Below, in pieces: positions 10,022 through 20,556 of a stretch of DNA of 46,774 bases. The position numbers and the translations under genes are program-made. The notes below the pieces were generated by a model. That model was not told where the DNA came from, did no database searches, and saw only the letters and a program-made list of their open reading frames with translations. The DNA is from SAR86 cluster bacterium (GTDB lineage: Bacteria; Pseudomonadota; Gammaproteobacteria; Magnimaribacterales; D2472): positions 1 through 46,774 of the forward strand of contig QOPC01000004.1 of the NCBI GenBank assembly GCA_003331545.1, given 5' to 3'. Position 1 is the stretch's first letter. Each line of letters opens with the position of its first letter.

Positions 10022-10702
10022 ATGGATGACTTTTCAGTTTTAGATTTATTTCTGCAGGCAAGCCTTATTGTTCAAGCTGTAATGGTCTTATTATTAGTAG
10101 TTTCAATTATTTCATGGATTGCTATTTTTGAAAGATATTTCAATCTAAGCCGAATTAAACAAGCCAATCAAGCATTTGAAAAAGAATTTTGGTCTGGCAA
10201 AGATCTTAATCAACTGTATGAAAATATCATTGAAACTCCCAGTGATGAATTAGTTGGCTCTTTGCGAGTTTTTAAGCATGGATTTGAAGAATTCTTAAGA
10301 CTAAGCAAGGGTCAACAAATTACAATTGAGGATCTTGAAAGTGTCAATAGAGCCATAAGAGTATCTTTGGCAAGAGAGGAGGAGTCATTAATGCTTCATC
10401 TTCCATTTCTTGCTAACGTTGGATCAGTGAGTCCATATGTTGGACTTTTCGGAACTGTTTGGGGGATTATTAACTCTTTTCAAGGACTTTCAGATGCAAC
10501 TCAGGCAACAATTAATGCCGTTGCTCCTGGAATATCAGAAGCACTCGTAGCAACCGCTTTGGGTCTTTTTGCTGCAATTCCAGCAGTGGTTGCCTATAAC
10601 AGGTTTGCTTCAGACTCAGATACTCAATTGCAGCAATCTTCTGTGTTTGGCGAAGAGTTAGCCAGCATTCTTTATAGACAAACGGTTAAAGCAAAGCTTT
10701 GA
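10022..10702 (+). CDS. tolQ: TolQ
   Basis: SVSPYVGLFGTVWGI, VAPGISEALVATALGLFAAIPAV. Confidence 0.97.
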   Translation: MDDFSVLDLFLQASLIVQAVMVLLLVVSIISWIAIFERYFNLSRIKQANQAFEKEFWSGKDLNQLYENIIETPSDELVGSLRVFKHGFEEFLRLSKGQQITIEDLESVNRAIRVSLAREEESLMLHLPFLANVGSVSPYVGLFGTVWGIINSFQGLSDATQATINAVAPGISEALVATALGLFAAIPAVVAYNRFASDSDTQLQQSSVFGEELASILYRQTVKAKL

Positions 10703-11121
10703 TATATAGAATTGGAAAAAGAAAAAAGCTGAACGCTGACATTAATGTTGTTCCATACATTGATGTAATGTTAGTTCTATTGATTATATTTATGGTGCTT
10801 TCTCCTCTTCTTATTCAAGGCATTGAGGTAAACCTCCCTAAAACAGATACGACCAAAATGTCAGTTTCAAGCGAGCCACTTGTAATTTCAATTGACAGAC
10901 AAGGCGATTACTTCATTAATCTTGGCGAAGAGCAATTACCAATTTCTTTAGTGGAGTTAAAAAATAAAGCTAAAATTATTTATCAAGCAAATCCTGATAT
11001 TGAAATTGTTTTCAAAAGTGATGCAAGGGTACCTTTTGACTATGTGGCAAAGGGCATGGCAAGTATTCAAAGTTTAGGAATTCAAAAAATAGGAATTATC
11101 ACCTCGGGCTATGATAGCTAA
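10699..11121 (+). CDS. tolR: TolR
   Basis: ADINVVPYIDVMLVLLIIFM motif; follows tolQ. Confidence 0.95.
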   Translation: MIYRIGKRKKLNADINVVPYIDVMLVLLIIFMVLSPLLIQGIEVNLPKTDTTKMSVSSEPLVISIDRQGDYFINLGEEQLPISLVELKNKAKIIYQANPDIEIVFKSDARVPFDYVAKGMASIQSLGIQKIGIITSGYDS

Positions 11122-11746
11122 TTACAGATATTTACAAGCATCGCTATTTTCTTTTTGTATTCATGCAGCTCTTTTTTTATATATATATGGCACCTTTGAT
11201 ACCAACACATCTCAAACATTGTTGATATCAAAGCCTCTTCAAATAGAGCTAAAGTTTGATCTGCCAACTCAAGATAAAAAAAAACTAATCCCTGCCGCCG
11301 CTAAGGTTGCAGAAACCTCAGTAGAGAAAATCCCCCAAGAAAATGTCTACTCTAAAGTAAATGATTCTATTCGCACTAAAGAAAGCAATGCTTTGATTGA
11401 ATCTAGCATAGCTAATCTTTTATCAGAAGAAAGTGAGACTGAAATGAACAAAGAGCAACAAGAAATATCAATGTATGCGCAAAAAATTATCTCGACCATA
11501 GAGAGTGCTTGGATGAAACCAAGAAATATACCTGAGGATCTAGTTGCAAATTTAAGACTTAAAATTCGATCTTCTGGAAGGATTGTTGAAGTAGATCTTA
11601 TAAAAAGTAGCGGCAATCTAAGATTCGATAACTCATCCATGCAAGCTGTAAGAAGAGTGGAAACTTTTAATTTCTTTAATTCAATGCCCAAAACCATATA
11701 TGAGAATGAGTTTCAAACCGTTGCAATAAGCTTTAATCCATCATGA
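11111..11746 (+). CDS. tolA: TolA (short)
   Basis: N-terminal TM with S..(x)H motif, C-terminal TonB/TolA domain (SSGNLRFDNS..AV); between tolR and tolB. Confidence 0.85.
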   Translation: MIANYRYLQASLFSFCIHAALFLYIYGTFDTNTSQTLLISKPLQIELKFDLPTQDKKKLIPAAAKVAETSVEKIPQENVYSKVNDSIRTKESNALIESSIANLLSEESETEMNKEQQEISMYAQKIISTIESAWMKPRNIPEDLVANLRLKIRSSGRIVEVDLIKSSGNLRFDNSSMQAVRRVETFNFFNSMPKTIYENEFQTVAISFNPS

Positions 11747-13029
11747 AACAAAACTTATTTTTAGCTACTTTATTGCTTATGCCAAACATGATTTTTGGTG
11801 AACTCTTTTTAGAGATTACGAAAGGCTCAGAGGATCCTTATAAAATAGCGATGATTTCATTTGAGGGTGACTCAAGAATTTCAAAGCAACTTAATAAAAT
11901 AATGCGAAATGACCTCATTCGCACGGGCGAGTTTTATATACTTGATGAAGGGCTATTGTTACCAGTAAATTTTATCAATGATGAGCTAGTTTATAGTGAT
12001 TGGAAGTTGCTCGGAATGGATTATTTAGTAACTGGCAAGATAGTCAAGTTAAGTAATTCTGTAGATATTAGCTATGAAATCTATGATGTTCATAAAAAAA
12101 GAAAGCTCCGAAGTTCAAAAGTTTTTGGTATACCCAATCAAATTAGACAGCTTGCTCATTACACAAGCGATGGAATCTATGAATCAATAACTGGTATCAA
12201 AGGCATTGCTGCTACAAGACTTTTATATGTCAATGAAATAAAAGATTCTAAATCAATTTCTGCATACAAGTTGATGTTGGCTGATTCTGATGGTGCTAAT
12301 GAAAAAACTCTTTTATCAAGCTCTGAGCCAATTATCTCACCCTCTTGGTCACCTGATGGCAAAAAAGTAGCATATGTATCATTTGAAACAGGAATCGCAA
12401 AAGTTTTTATTCAAGAAATTGCTTCGGGAAATAGGGAGGCAGTATTATCAAAGGAGACTCAGATAAGTTCTCCCTCATGGTCTCCAGACGGTAAATACCT
12501 TTCTTTGACTCTTTACCAAGATGGAAATGCAGAAATTTATATTTTACGATTGCGCGATAAGACCCTAACAAGGATGACCAATCAATTCGCAATTGATACT
12601 GAGTCTTCTTGGTCTCCTAAAGGAAATAAAATTCTATTCACAAGTGGTCGCTCAGGTTCACCTCAAATATATGAGCTAGATCTTAGAAAATTAAATCCAA
12701 AAGCAAAACGTATTTCATTCGAGGGAACCTATAATGCAAAAGCTTCATATCTTCCCAAGGAGGAAGGAATTATTTTTGTTCATCGGTCTGATGATGGCTT
12801 ATTTCATATTGCTCTCAAATATAAAAGAGAGAACTTTATCAGGATCTTGACTGAAGCAAAAATGGACGAATCTCCTAGTGTTGCTCCTAATGGTAATATG
12901 GTAATCTATGGTATTAAAGAAGAAAATCTAAGCATGCTCGCCGGATTTAGTCTTAGCGGTGCCAAATTTAAGTTACCTGCATCAAGTGGCGAAGTGAGAG
13001 AGCCTGCCTGGTCAAACTTTTTAAGATAA
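11743..13029 (+). CDS. tolB: TolB
   Basis: LAH..SD.IYE.ITGIKG, repeated PSWSPDG beta-propeller motifs, C-terminal VREPAWS. Confidence 0.96.
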   Translation: MKQNLFLATLLLMPNMIFGELFLEITKGSEDPYKIAMISFEGDSRISKQLNKIMRNDLIRTGEFYILDEGLLLPVNFINDELVYSDWKLLGMDYLVTGKIVKLSNSVDISYEIYDVHKKRKLRSSKVFGIPNQIRQLAHYTSDGIYESITGIKGIAATRLLYVNEIKDSKSISAYKLMLADSDGANEKTLLSSSEPIISPSWSPDGKKVAYVSFETGIAKVFIQEIASGNREAVLSKETQISSPSWSPDGKYLSLTLYQDGNAEIYILRLRDKTLTRMTNQFAIDTESSWSPKGNKILFTSGRSGSPQIYELDLRKLNPKAKRISFEGTYNAKASYLPKEEGIIFVHRSDDGLFHIALKYKRENFIRILTEAKMDESPSVAPNGNMVIYGIKEENLSMLAGFSLSGAKFKLPASSGEVREPAWSNFLR

Positions 13030-13053
13030 TTTACTCGAAATGGAATAATAATT

Positions 13054-13527
13054 ATGAAAAATTCACTCAATCAATTTCTTGCTCTATCAACGATACTAAT
13101 TTTTTCTGCGTGTAGCTCTGTTCAAATAACAGAAGAAGCAGTTGCTGATCAAAGTGTTGCTGGGGTATCAATTACGTCAAAATCTACAGCTACCCAAGCC
13201 ATTTTAGCAAATGCAGTAGTTTACTTTGAGTATGATCAGTTCAATCTCACTGCTAAATCAATACAAGCCTTAAAAGGCGTTAGCGATCTTATGAAAAGAA
13301 ATTCTAAAATTACAATTTCAATTGAGGGGCATGCTGATGAAAGAGGTACTAGAGAATATAACCTAGCTTTGGGTCAAAGACGTGCCGAGTCAGTTGCAAA
13401 TTATTTGATTGCAAATGGAATTCAGAGAAATAGGTTAATCACAAAAAGTTATGGAGAAGAGAGACCGCTATCTCTTGGATCTAATAATTCTGCTTGGTCA
13501 AAAAATAGAAGAGTTGAAATCAAGTAG
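13054..13527 (+). CDS. pal: Peptidoglycan-associated lipoprotein Pal
   Basis: Lipobox FSAC, EGHADERGTREYNLALGQRRA, SYGEERP, KNRRVE. Confidence 0.97.
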   Translation: MKNSLNQFLALSTILIFSACSSVQITEEAVADQSVAGVSITSKSTATQAILANAVVYFEYDQFNLTAKSIQALKGVSDLMKRNSKITISIEGHADERGTREYNLALGQRRAESVANYLIANGIQRNRLITKSYGEERPLSLGSNNSAWSKNRRVEIK

Positions 13528-13539
13528 CCTACTATTTGA

Positions 13540-14175
13540 ATGAAATTTATTTTTGCTATCTTCGCTTTAGCACCACTTTATTCATTTTCACAAGAAGTTG
13601 ACGCTTCTGACATATTATTTTTAAAGATACAGGAGCTTGAAGGTGAGATTGCTACCTTAAGAAGTGAGATTGAGTCACAGGCATATTTGATTGAAAAACT
13701 ATTAAATGAGGAGACGGATCAATTTGATGTTGATAGTGCATTGGATACTGATATTAATCCTGAGTTAGATACATTTAGATTTGAAGGCATTAATGACAGC
13801 AAAAGCATCGACGAGGTTTATGATCAAGCTATTCGTGAGTTAAATGATAAAGATTTTCAGGCATCAAAAAAATCTTTTAACTATTTGGCAAGTAATTTTA
13901 ATGATGACGAAAAAATTCCGTTAAGTTTATTTTGGCTTGGAGAAATTTCATTACTAGAATCCAATCTTGACGAGAGCGATCGTTTTTTTCAAAGATTGGC
14001 TTCAGACTTTCCTGATCATTGGAGAACACCATTAGCTCATAAAAAAATCGGTGATATTTTAATGATGTCAGGCGAAACTGAAGCTGCTAAAGCTAAATAT
14101 CAATTTGTTCTTCAGGCATTTCCTAACAATTCTGCTTCATCTTTGGTCTTGCAGTTATTAGAAAATATGGAATAA
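13540..14175 (+). CDS. cpoB: CpoB/YbgF (coiled-coil + TPR) cell division coordinator
   Basis: Coiled coil (IQELEGEIATLRSEIE), TPR-like FWLGE and FP..(S/R) motifs; follows pal. Confidence 0.85.
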   Translation: MKFIFAIFALAPLYSFSQEVDASDILFLKIQELEGEIATLRSEIESQAYLIEKLLNEETDQFDVDSALDTDINPELDTFRFEGINDSKSIDEVYDQAIRELNDKDFQASKKSFNYLASNFNDDEKIPLSLFWLGEISLLESNLDESDRFFQRLASDFPDHWRTPLAHKKIGDILMMSGETEAAKAKYQFVLQAFPNNSASSLVLQLLENME

Positions 14176-14202
14176 TCACATCTTTTTATGGAATCCTATC
14201 TT

Positions 14203-14278
14203 GGGTCGCTAGCTCAGCTGGTAGAGCAGTTCGCTTTTAACGAATTGGTCACAGGTTCGAATCCTGTGCGACCCACCA
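14203..14278 (+). tRNA. tRNA-Lys(UUU)
   Basis: GGGTCGC acceptor stem, AGCTCAGCTGGTAGAGC D arm, anticodon TTT at 14236-14238, GGTTCGAATCC T arm, encoded CCA. Confidence 0.97.
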
Positions 14279-14299
14279 TCTTAAATTCAATAAATCTAG

Positions 14300-15556
14300 A
14301 TGATGATTAATTCTATTAAAAAATCGCTTCACAGGCTTTCGTTATCTTTTACAAAAGAATCGGGTCTTGCTGGTCTATTTTTTTTCCTAGTTTTATGCTC
14401 TTGGTATATATTGCGGCCAGTAAGGAATGAAATGGCTGTTCAAAATGCCGATATATTGCCTTATCTGTTAGGAGTAGGAGCATTTGTGATGCTTCTTTTG
14501 AATCCTATTTATTCATGGCTTGCTTCGCAAAGGAATTTAAGAGGAGTATTGGTGGGCTGCTACTCATTTTTTATTTTAAATTTATTAGCTTTTATAGTGC
14601 TCTGGGAATTCTTTGAGCTTTCATCTGCAGTTTGGCTAAGTCAAATTTTCTATGTTTGGTGTAATGTTTATTCTTTTTTTGTAGTTTCTATTTTTTGGGT
14701 GGTAATCATCAATTTATTTAGAGGGGAAGGAGCAGCAAATGTTTTTGGTGTAATTGCTGCTGGTGGATCACTGGGCGCTTTTCTTGGCTCTGAAATCTCA
14801 AAACAATTAGCATCAACCTTTAATGAATCAGGGATTATCTTTTTTACATTAATATCTATTTTATTTCTTATTTTTGCATTGTTAGTAGGCCTTACTTTAC
14901 TTAAAAGATTTATTTCTTTAGAAGGCATTAATCAAGCTTCGGGAGGAACAAGTTTTGATGCATTTAAAAATTTAATTTCTTCATCACAAATAAGATCAAT
15001 TGGAATGTACATGTACTTATGGACAGCAATGATGACCATTCATTGGGTTACCTCTATTAATATTGTGAATGAGTGGTCCTCAGATGGGGGCAATAGAATA
15101 ATTTTCTTTAGTAAAATAGAGCAAACTGTCACAATTTTGACTTTGTTTACTCAATTTTTCTTAACTTCTGCAATTATAAGGTTTGCAGGACCAAAGAGTA
15201 TTTTGATGCTTTATGGATTTTTATTTATAGCAGCATTTATTGGTTATTATATCAATCCATCAATTGGATATGTTTTTGTTATAACAATCGTCTTAAGATT
15301 ATTTGAATACGGCATAAACAAACCAACAAGAGAAGTTGTTTTCAGTTATTTGAAAAAAACTGATAGATACAAGTCAACAGTAATGGTTGATACTTTTTTT
15401 GTTCGGATGGGAGATTTTTCTGGCAGTGGGTTTGTTCTCTTATCTAAATCGGCAGGATTGGTATTTTCACAAGTACCATTGTTAGCTATTCCATTTGCGG
15501 GTTTTTTAGCGTTGCTTGGTTTTAAAATCCCTCCCAAAGAAAGAATTAGTTCCTAA
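14300..15556 (+). CDS. MFS-fold ATP:ADP antiporter (AAA/NTT, COG3202)-like transporter
   Basis: YILRPVRNEM, FYVW..V..FFVVSIFW, FGVIAAGGSLGA, YGINKPTRE..F, RYK....DT...R.GD motifs; multi-TM profile. Confidence 0.75.
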   Translation: MMINSIKKSLHRLSLSFTKESGLAGLFFFLVLCSWYILRPVRNEMAVQNADILPYLLGVGAFVMLLLNPIYSWLASQRNLRGVLVGCYSFFILNLLAFIVLWEFFELSSAVWLSQIFYVWCNVYSFFVVSIFWVVIINLFRGEGAANVFGVIAAGGSLGAFLGSEISKQLASTFNESGIIFFTLISILFLIFALLVGLTLLKRFISLEGINQASGGTSFDAFKNLISSSQIRSIGMYMYLWTAMMTIHWVTSINIVNEWSSDGGNRIIFFSKIEQTVTILTLFTQFFLTSAIIRFAGPKSILMLYGFLFIAAFIGYYINPSIGYVFVITIVLRLFEYGINKPTREVVFSYLKKTDRYKSTVMVDTFFVRMGDFSGSGFVLLSKSAGLVFSQVPLLAIPFAGFLALLGFKIPPKERISS

Positions 15557-16983
15557 ATACCTCTCCTTTTAGCTAATCTACTTTGAACAAATTTAATTTT
15601 TGTCATTATAGTTTCTGAGGTTTGAAAAGAATTGCCAGATAGACTTAAAGCAAATTGAAATTGATTTAGAGCATTATCAAAATCACCAATAAGAGTAAAA
15701 TATTCACCACGACTAAGATGGTAGCCAACAATATTTTTTCCAGCTCTTTGCACTTCGGATAATTGCATCCACAAACTTGGATTACGATTTTTGCTGATCA
15801 GAAGATCTCTTAAAATTTCTTCAGCTTTAATTGTTTCTTTTTTTGCACTTAATATTTTCGATTTAAGTATTGAGGCTGGATAATTATCAGGAGAAATTTT
15901 CAGAACTTCATCAATTGTTTGTTTAGCGTCATCAAGGCGCTGTCCAGATAACAAAATTTCTGATTTTGTAATATTTAGAATTAGATTTTTTGGAAATTTA
16001 TTTAATATCTCACTAATTAATTTTAGCGCTTCTTCAGTTTGGCCGTTAGATTGCAAAGCAGATATAAATGAATACTTATTTTCATTAGTGGGGTTATCTG
16101 CATAAAGGCTTTCAAAGAATCTCACCTTAGTTTGAGGCGAGTAATCCGCATATCTCTCCTTTAATCTTCCCTTAACAAACTCAAAGTTAATTGTGTTTTT
16201 TTTGCCACCAGAAAACTCTATTTGATCAGCTGCGTTAAATGCATCACTTACTCTAGATGATGTGATGGGGTGAGTTAATAAAAATTCTGGTGGATTATCA
16301 CCTGCCAATTTTCTTATTTTTGCCATATTTTCAAACATTTCACCCATTCCTGCAGGATCATATCCAGCCGCAATTAAGTTATTAAAGCCATATCTGTCAG
16401 CTTCTCTTTCAAAAATCCGACTGTAACGAAGTTGCTGTTGTGCCAATGCGGCTGGACCTGCAATAAAAGCAGACGGATTATTTGAAATAATTGCTAATGC
16501 AATAGCAGAGACCATAACTAAAGATGATGCCAAATTAGTATCTCTCCCTCTTAAAACATTTCTAGCAAAATGACGTTGACTTAAGTGAGCCAGCTCATGA
16601 CCAAGAACTGATGCTAATTGAGCTTCATTATCTGCATTTAAAAATAAGCCTCCATTGACACCAATTACACCTCCAGGAGCTGCAAAGGCGTTTAAAGATT
16701 TTTCATCAATTAGTACAATAGTGAAATCTCTATCCCTTACTTGAGATGTTTCTGATAGCCTATAAATAAGTAGTTCAGTGTACTCCTGAATAATTGGATC
16801 ATTGATTAGTGGAGCTTGTGCATAAACTTGTTCAAGGAATCCTTGACCTATCATTCTTTCTTGTTCTAAGGAGACTACTCCTGATACTCGATCACCTAAA
16901 TTTGGTAAATTAAGATCTTTTTCTTGTGAAAAAATGGTTGGTGATACTAACAATAGAAGAATAAGGGTGCGAACGATTAACAT
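15553..16983 (-). CDS. bepA: M48 metalloprotease/chaperone BepA (YfgC)
   Basis: NAFAAPGG, GHELAHLSQRH (HExxH), EREADR.G, PEFLLTHP, C-terminal TPR region. Confidence 0.93.
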   Translation of the reverse strand: MLIVRTLILLLLVSPTIFSQEKDLNLPNLGDRVSGVVSLEQERMIGQGFLEQVYAQAPLINDPIIQEYTELLIYRLSETSQVRDRDFTIVLIDEKSLNAFAAPGGVIGVNGGLFLNADNEAQLASVLGHELAHLSQRHFARNVLRGRDTNLASSLVMVSAIALAIISNNPSAFIAGPAALAQQQLRYSRIFEREADRYGFNNLIAAGYDPAGMGEMFENMAKIRKLAGDNPPEFLLTHPITSSRVSDAFNAADQIEFSGGKKNTINFEFVKGRLKERYADYSPQTKVRFFESLYADNPTNENKYSFISALQSNGQTEEALKLISEILNKFPKNLILNITKSEILLSGQRLDDAKQTIDEVLKISPDNYPASILKSKILSAKKETIKAEEILRDLLISKNRNPSLWMQLSEVQRAGKNIVGYHLSRGEYFTLIGDFDNALNQFQFALSLSGNSFQTSETIMTKIKFVQSRLAKRRGI

Positions 16984-17071
16984 ATTTCTACTTTTTCAGA
17001 TACAACGAAGCTTACACTATTGATTAATTTGAATTAACATATCATTTCTGAGACAAAATAATATATAAAAA

Positions 17072-18127
17072 GTGCTTGAAGACATAAATAATTTATTTAA
17101 AAAAATTTTTTCTAATGAAGAAACCCTTGTATTTGCTTTATTGCTGACAAGTGCCTTTTTAACTCTATTTTTTTTTGGCAATCTCTTAACTCCATTTCTT
17201 ATAAGTATAATTTTTGCATATTTGCTTGTAGGTATGCAAAATCGACTTGAAGCATACGGTTTAAATAGTACTCTTGCATTAATTGTTACATATAGTTTTT
17301 TCTTGATTCTCGGTATTGCATTGATGGTTTGGTTAGGCCCATTGGTATATCAGCAACTTCAATCTTTAATTTTGGAAATTCCTAAATGGGTAAACTCATT
17401 TATGATATTTGTTCAAAATGTCCCAGAAAAATATCCAGATTTGGTCTCCTCAGATCAAATTACAAAATTTTTGCAAACTCTTTCTGGTCAAATAACGACA
17501 ATATCTGAAGATTTCCTAAAAGCTTCAATAACCGGAATACAGAATACAGTGACTATTGCTATTAATTTGGTATTACTACCAATTCTTGTTTTCTTTTTTT
17601 TATTTGACCGAAAGTCTATTATTTCTGATTTCTTAGGTGTTTTGCCTAAAAAGAGAGCAATGCTAGAGAAAGTTTGGGTTGAAATGGATGACCAGTTAAG
17701 CAATTATGCTAGAGGTAAAGCCATTGAGATTTTAATAGTAGGATTAGCAGCTGCAATTCTCTTTATGTATTTTGACTTGCAATACGTTGCTTTGTTATCT
17801 GTTCTTGTGGGCTTTTCAGTCCTGATACCTTTCATAGGAGCTTTTGTTGTAACCATTCCAGTTGCAGCAGTTGGCCTGCTTCAATTTGGATTAACATTTG
17901 ATTTTTGGCTTTTGATGGGACTCTATGTAATTTTGCAAATGTTAGACGGAAATTTGTTAGTGCCGATACTGTTTTCTGATGCTGTTAAGCTTCATCCGGT
18001 TATAATCATCCTAGCTGTTTTTATTTTCGGCGGTATGTTTGGTTTTTGGGGTATCTTTTTTGCAATTCCAATCGCAACATTAATCAAGGCTATCTGGAAC
18101 TCATGGCCAGAGAATCAATCAAGCTAA
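17072..18127 (+). CDS. perM: AI-2E family (PerM) transporter
   Basis: G.SVLIPFIGA, LDGNLLVPILFSDAVKLHP, FGGMFGFWGIFFAIP; bepA/bcp neighbourhood. Confidence 0.9.
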   Translation: MLEDINNLFKKIFSNEETLVFALLLTSAFLTLFFFGNLLTPFLISIIFAYLLVGMQNRLEAYGLNSTLALIVTYSFFLILGIALMVWLGPLVYQQLQSLILEIPKWVNSFMIFVQNVPEKYPDLVSSDQITKFLQTLSGQITTISEDFLKASITGIQNTVTIAINLVLLPILVFFFLFDRKSIISDFLGVLPKKRAMLEKVWVEMDDQLSNYARGKAIEILIVGLAAAILFMYFDLQYVALLSVLVGFSVLIPFIGAFVVTIPVAAVGLLQFGLTFDFWLLMGLYVILQMLDGNLLVPILFSDAVKLHPVIIILAVFIFGGMFGFWGIFFAIPIATLIKAIWNSWPENQSS

Positions 18128-18131
18128 TAAT

Positions 18132-18608
18132 TTATCCTACTAATTCCTTCGAAGCATCTAGAACTTCTTGGACGTGTCCCTTGACTTTAACTGCTCTCCA
18201 TTCTTTAACTATTTTCCCTTTTGTATTGATTAAAAATGTACTTCTATCAACACCCATATACTCTCTGCCATACATAGATTTAAGCTTCATAACCCCAAAA
18301 GCTTTGCAAACTTTTTCATCTGGATCAGACAAAAGCTCAAATGGAAATTTTTCATTAGATTTAAATTTTTCATGAGATTTTATTGATTCCCTTGAAACAC
18401 CTAAAATTTCAGTATTTAACTTTTTGAACTTTTTATAATTATCTCTGAATTCCTGGCCCTCAGTGGTACATCCAGGTGTTGAATCTTTGGGGTAAAAATA
18501 TATAACAACATTTTTATTATTAAAAGATTCATTAGATATAGTTTGTTCGCTGGTTGCATCAGCATTAAACTTTGGGCATTGCTTTCCTACTAAATTTTTA
18601 GCCATCAT
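18132..18608 (-). CDS. bcp: Peroxiredoxin Bcp/PrxQ
   Basis: YFYPKDSTPGCTTE, RSTFLI; second Cys in EKVCKAFGV. Confidence 0.95.
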   Translation of the reverse strand: MMAKNLVGKQCPKFNADATSEQTISNESFNNKNVVIYFYPKDSTPGCTTEGQEFRDNYKKFKKLNTEILGVSRESIKSHEKFKSNEKFPFELLSDPDEKVCKAFGVMKLKSMYGREYMGVDRSTFLINTKGKIVKEWRAVKVKGHVQEVLDASKELVG

Positions 18609-18654
18609 TTCTCCAAAAAAAAGTGTATAGTTTCATTTTTTACTGAAAACATAA

Positions 18655-19554
18655 ATGATGCAACCTTTACAAGGAAGTTTAGTCGCTCTTGTGACCCCAA
18701 TGTCTATCGATGGCAGTGTAGATTTTCATGCTTTAGAGCAATTGGTTGAATGGCACATTGACTCTGGAACAAGTGGAATTGTTTCTGTCGGAACGACTGG
18801 AGAATCAGCAACAGTAAATGTAAAAGAACATCTAGAAATTATTGAAAAAACTATAAATTTTGCAAACGGCAGAATTCCAGTTATCGCGGGTACTGGAGCC
18901 AACTCCACCCTAGAGGCTATCGAATTAACACATACTGCATCTAAGCTGGGAGCAGATTATGCACTCATCGTCACACCTTATTACAATAAACCTAATCAAG
19001 AAGGTTTATATCAACATTTTGTTAAAATTGCAGATTCTGTAGACATTCCTCAAATTCTCTACAATGTACCATCTCGAACAGCATGTGATTTAAGGCCAGA
19101 GACTGTGTCGAGGCTCTCCGAGCACCAAAATATCATTGGAATCAAGGAAGCTTTGGATGATACAAATAGAATGACCGACCTTATGAAAATAGCTGAAAGC
19201 ATAATTGACAAAAAATACTTTTCTGTTCTATCAGGCGATGACCCTACCTTCAATTTTTTTATGGCAAATGGTATAGATGGGGTTATTTCAGTTGCTGCAA
19301 ATATCATTCCTAGCCAGATTTCAAAAATTTGTTCTCTAAATTTAGCTAAGCAGTTTAAAGATGCAGAAGAATTAAATTTAATTTTCAAGGATCTTTATGA
19401 ATTTTTGTTTATTGAATCAAATCCAATACCTGTTAAGTGGATGCTATCCGAAATGGGAAAAATTCAATCTGGGATTAGACTTCCTTTGGTACCTTTTGAT
19501 GAAAATTTTCATGAGAAGACCAGAAATGAGATGTTAAAATTAAAATTAATATGA
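18655..19554 (+). CDS. dapA: 4-hydroxy-tetrahydrodipicolinate synthase
   Basis: GTTGES, VTPYYNKP, LYNVPSRT, GIKEA, ESNPIPVK. Confidence 0.97.
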   Translation: MMQPLQGSLVALVTPMSIDGSVDFHALEQLVEWHIDSGTSGIVSVGTTGESATVNVKEHLEIIEKTINFANGRIPVIAGTGANSTLEAIELTHTASKLGADYALIVTPYYNKPNQEGLYQHFVKIADSVDIPQILYNVPSRTACDLRPETVSRLSEHQNIIGIKEALDDTNRMTDLMKIAESIIDKKYFSVLSGDDPTFNFFMANGIDGVISVAANIIPSQISKICSLNLAKQFKDAEELNLIFKDLYEFLFIESNPIPVKWMLSEMGKIQSGIRLPLVPFDENFHEKTRNEMLKLKLI

Positions 19555-20552
19555 AATGTTATAAAAACTATTTATTCTTCTTTACTCTGTTTTTCTCTGC
19601 CTCGTGCTCTTACATAACTGGACCTGAGGGACTATTTCCAGAGAAAAAAGACGACTTTTTTGAAGAAAGACTGTCCCCTGATCTAAAATTGTCGTCGCCT
19701 GATGTGTTAATTAATAAAGATGACCATTATCCTCCAATCAATCAAGATATTAATGCTGTAAGTGTTCAAGATATTCCTGCTCCAAGACAAATATTCTCAT
19801 CAGGGGGATCTAATGAAGTTCAGCTGAGGCGACTTGGAGAACTAATGTGGGTCTATATAGAAACTTTACCCTCTACTTCATGGCCAATTGCTAAAAATTA
19901 TTTTGAAACATCTTCAATGTCCATTATAGAATCAGATCCTGATGCTGGAATTATGCTGATAAAGTTTTCAGATTTAATAAATTTTAAAATCACAATTGAG
20001 CATGGCATTAAAGAAGCCTCAACAGAAATTTTTCTTTCCCAGTATTCAAATGATGAGGAAGTATCAATGGATCAAGATGTACAATTTATTCAAGATGAAC
20101 TTGAAAAAATAGTTGAATTTTTTGCTAGCTCTGCAGCTTCATTTTCAGGAACATCACTGGCTGCACAGAATTTAAACGATAGAAAAAAAGCTAAGATTTT
20201 TAATATTAATGATCAAACTATTATTGAACTAAATTTGGGTTTTGATAGGGCTTGGTCAGCAGTTACAAGAGCACTAAAAGCTGGAAATATAACTTCAAAT
20301 GACATTGACAGAGATAGTGGAATATTCCTTGTTAGTTATTCAGTAGAATCTGAAAGTAGTGGCTGGTTCTCTTTTTTAAATTTTAATAATGATGATAAGG
20401 GTAACGACTCACTATTGCTTGGAGAAGCTGCAGAATTTAAAATATTACTTGAATCAAAAAATGACAAAACAAATATTCTTGTTGAATCACTGGATGGAGA
20501 AGAGGAGGCAGCTGAAGACCTTTTATCTAAAATTAATGAACTGTTAAGCTAA
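19551..20552 (+). CDS. bamC: Outer membrane protein assembly lipoprotein BamC (NlpB)
   Basis: Lipobox SASC, FDRAW..V..AL, DIDR..G motifs; between dapA and purC. Confidence 0.85.
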   Translation: MKCYKNYLFFFTLFFSASCSYITGPEGLFPEKKDDFFEERLSPDLKLSSPDVLINKDDHYPPINQDINAVSVQDIPAPRQIFSSGGSNEVQLRRLGELMWVYIETLPSTSWPIAKNYFETSSMSIIESDPDAGIMLIKFSDLINFKITIEHGIKEASTEIFLSQYSNDEEVSMDQDVQFIQDELEKIVEFFASSAASFSGTSLAAQNLNDRKKAKIFNINDQTIIELNLGFDRAWSAVTRALKAGNITSNDIDRDSGIFLVSYSVESESSGWFSFLNFNNDDKGNDSLLLGEAAEFKILLESKNDKTNILVESLDGEEEAAEDLLSKINELLS

Positions 20553-20556
20553 AAAA

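Noticed and set aside
14203-15556. tRNA-Lys as an integration site for an island
   Set aside because: No integrase, no duplicated tRNA 3' end and no obvious compositional shift; core genes resume after one ORF.
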